DNA of 32,000 bases, taken from Candidatus Saccharimonadota bacterium (GTDB lineage Archaea > Nanohalarchaeota > Nanosalinia > Nanosalinales > Nanosalinaceae). The notes beneath the pieces were generated by a model. The model ran no database searches. It was given only the letters and a program-made list of their open reading frames with translations, and was not told the origin of the DNA. Position numbers and translations under genes: made by a program. The first letter of the stretch is position 1; every line of letters begins with the position of its first letter. The stretch spans positions 840,001 through 872,000 of the forward strand of contig CP012986.1 of assembly GCA_001761425.1 (NCBI GenBank), written 5' to 3'. This document shows positions 31,866 through 32,000 of the stretch, piece by piece.

Positions 31866-32000
31866 ATGGCCCTAGTTTACCCTGAGATAACTTTCGCATA
31901 TGTAATCAGTTTAATCGCTGGTATCTACGGCTTAGCTCTTTTAATATTTCTGAGGGAACTTAGGAAAAGGCCTGAAACAGTTATGGCACGTTTTAAACTT
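31866..32000 (+). CDS. Small membrane protein (paralog family A), truncated by the window end
   Basis: ATG at 31866. Translation: MALVYPEITFAYVISLIAGIYGLALLIFLRELRKRPETVMARFKL. The segment FLRELRKRPETVMARFKL aligns with FLKAVRDNSDKAMASFQL of 25629..25952. Confidence 0.4.
   Translation, partial: MALVYPEITFAYVISLIAGIYGLALLIFLRELRKRPETVMARFKL

Noticed and set aside
1-32000. CRISPR arrays, rRNA genes, IS elements, integrases
   Set aside because: No regularly spaced direct repeats, rRNA-like sequence, transposase/integrase-like ORFs or terminal inverted repeats were seen on either strand.

Overview
This is a 32-kb chromosomal segment from a halophilic archaeon. The archaeal assignment rests on a TFB gene, an archaeal CTP-type riboflavin kinase, a tRNA-Tyr with a C1-G72 pair, and TATA boxes or GGAGG Shine-Dalgarno sites upstream of genes. 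The halophile assignment rests on very acidic proteins. GC is about 45% by eye. A DPANN or nanohaloarchaeon-like origin is only a guess. I support about 45 protein genes, 2 tRNAs and a few regulatory sites. No CRISPR array, rRNA or transposase/integrase is visible. The gene content is housekeeping with a strong oxidative-damage theme: peroxiredoxin, two MsrA, MsrB, thioredoxin-like proteins, CcdA, a class-I disulfide reductase, and DsrE-like and DUF302 proteins.

The most unusual signals, in order:
1. The palindromic hexamer AGGCCT occurs about 150 times, against an expectation of about 6-7. It appears in all reading frames, on both strands and in intergenic DNA.
2. A 2.6-kb stretch next to tRNA-Pro (about 12.2-14.8 kb) is almost free of that hexamer and looks foreign.
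3. Both tRNA genes sit inside the same odd nested layout. A copy of the tRNA's own positions 1-15 lies upstream. A copy of positions about 52-73 lies downstream. The trailers are hairpin-rich and share an anti-T-arm 10-mer and a covarying hairpin.
4. A complete CcdA / TlpA-like / membrane-anchored MsrA + MsrB module points to methionine-sulfoxide repair outside the cytoplasm. It includes a C2H2 zinc-finger micro-ORF that is absent from the ORF track.
5. The LdhA-like dehydrogenase has an apparent -1 frameshift near its N-terminus.

All counts were made by eye and need computational confirmation.
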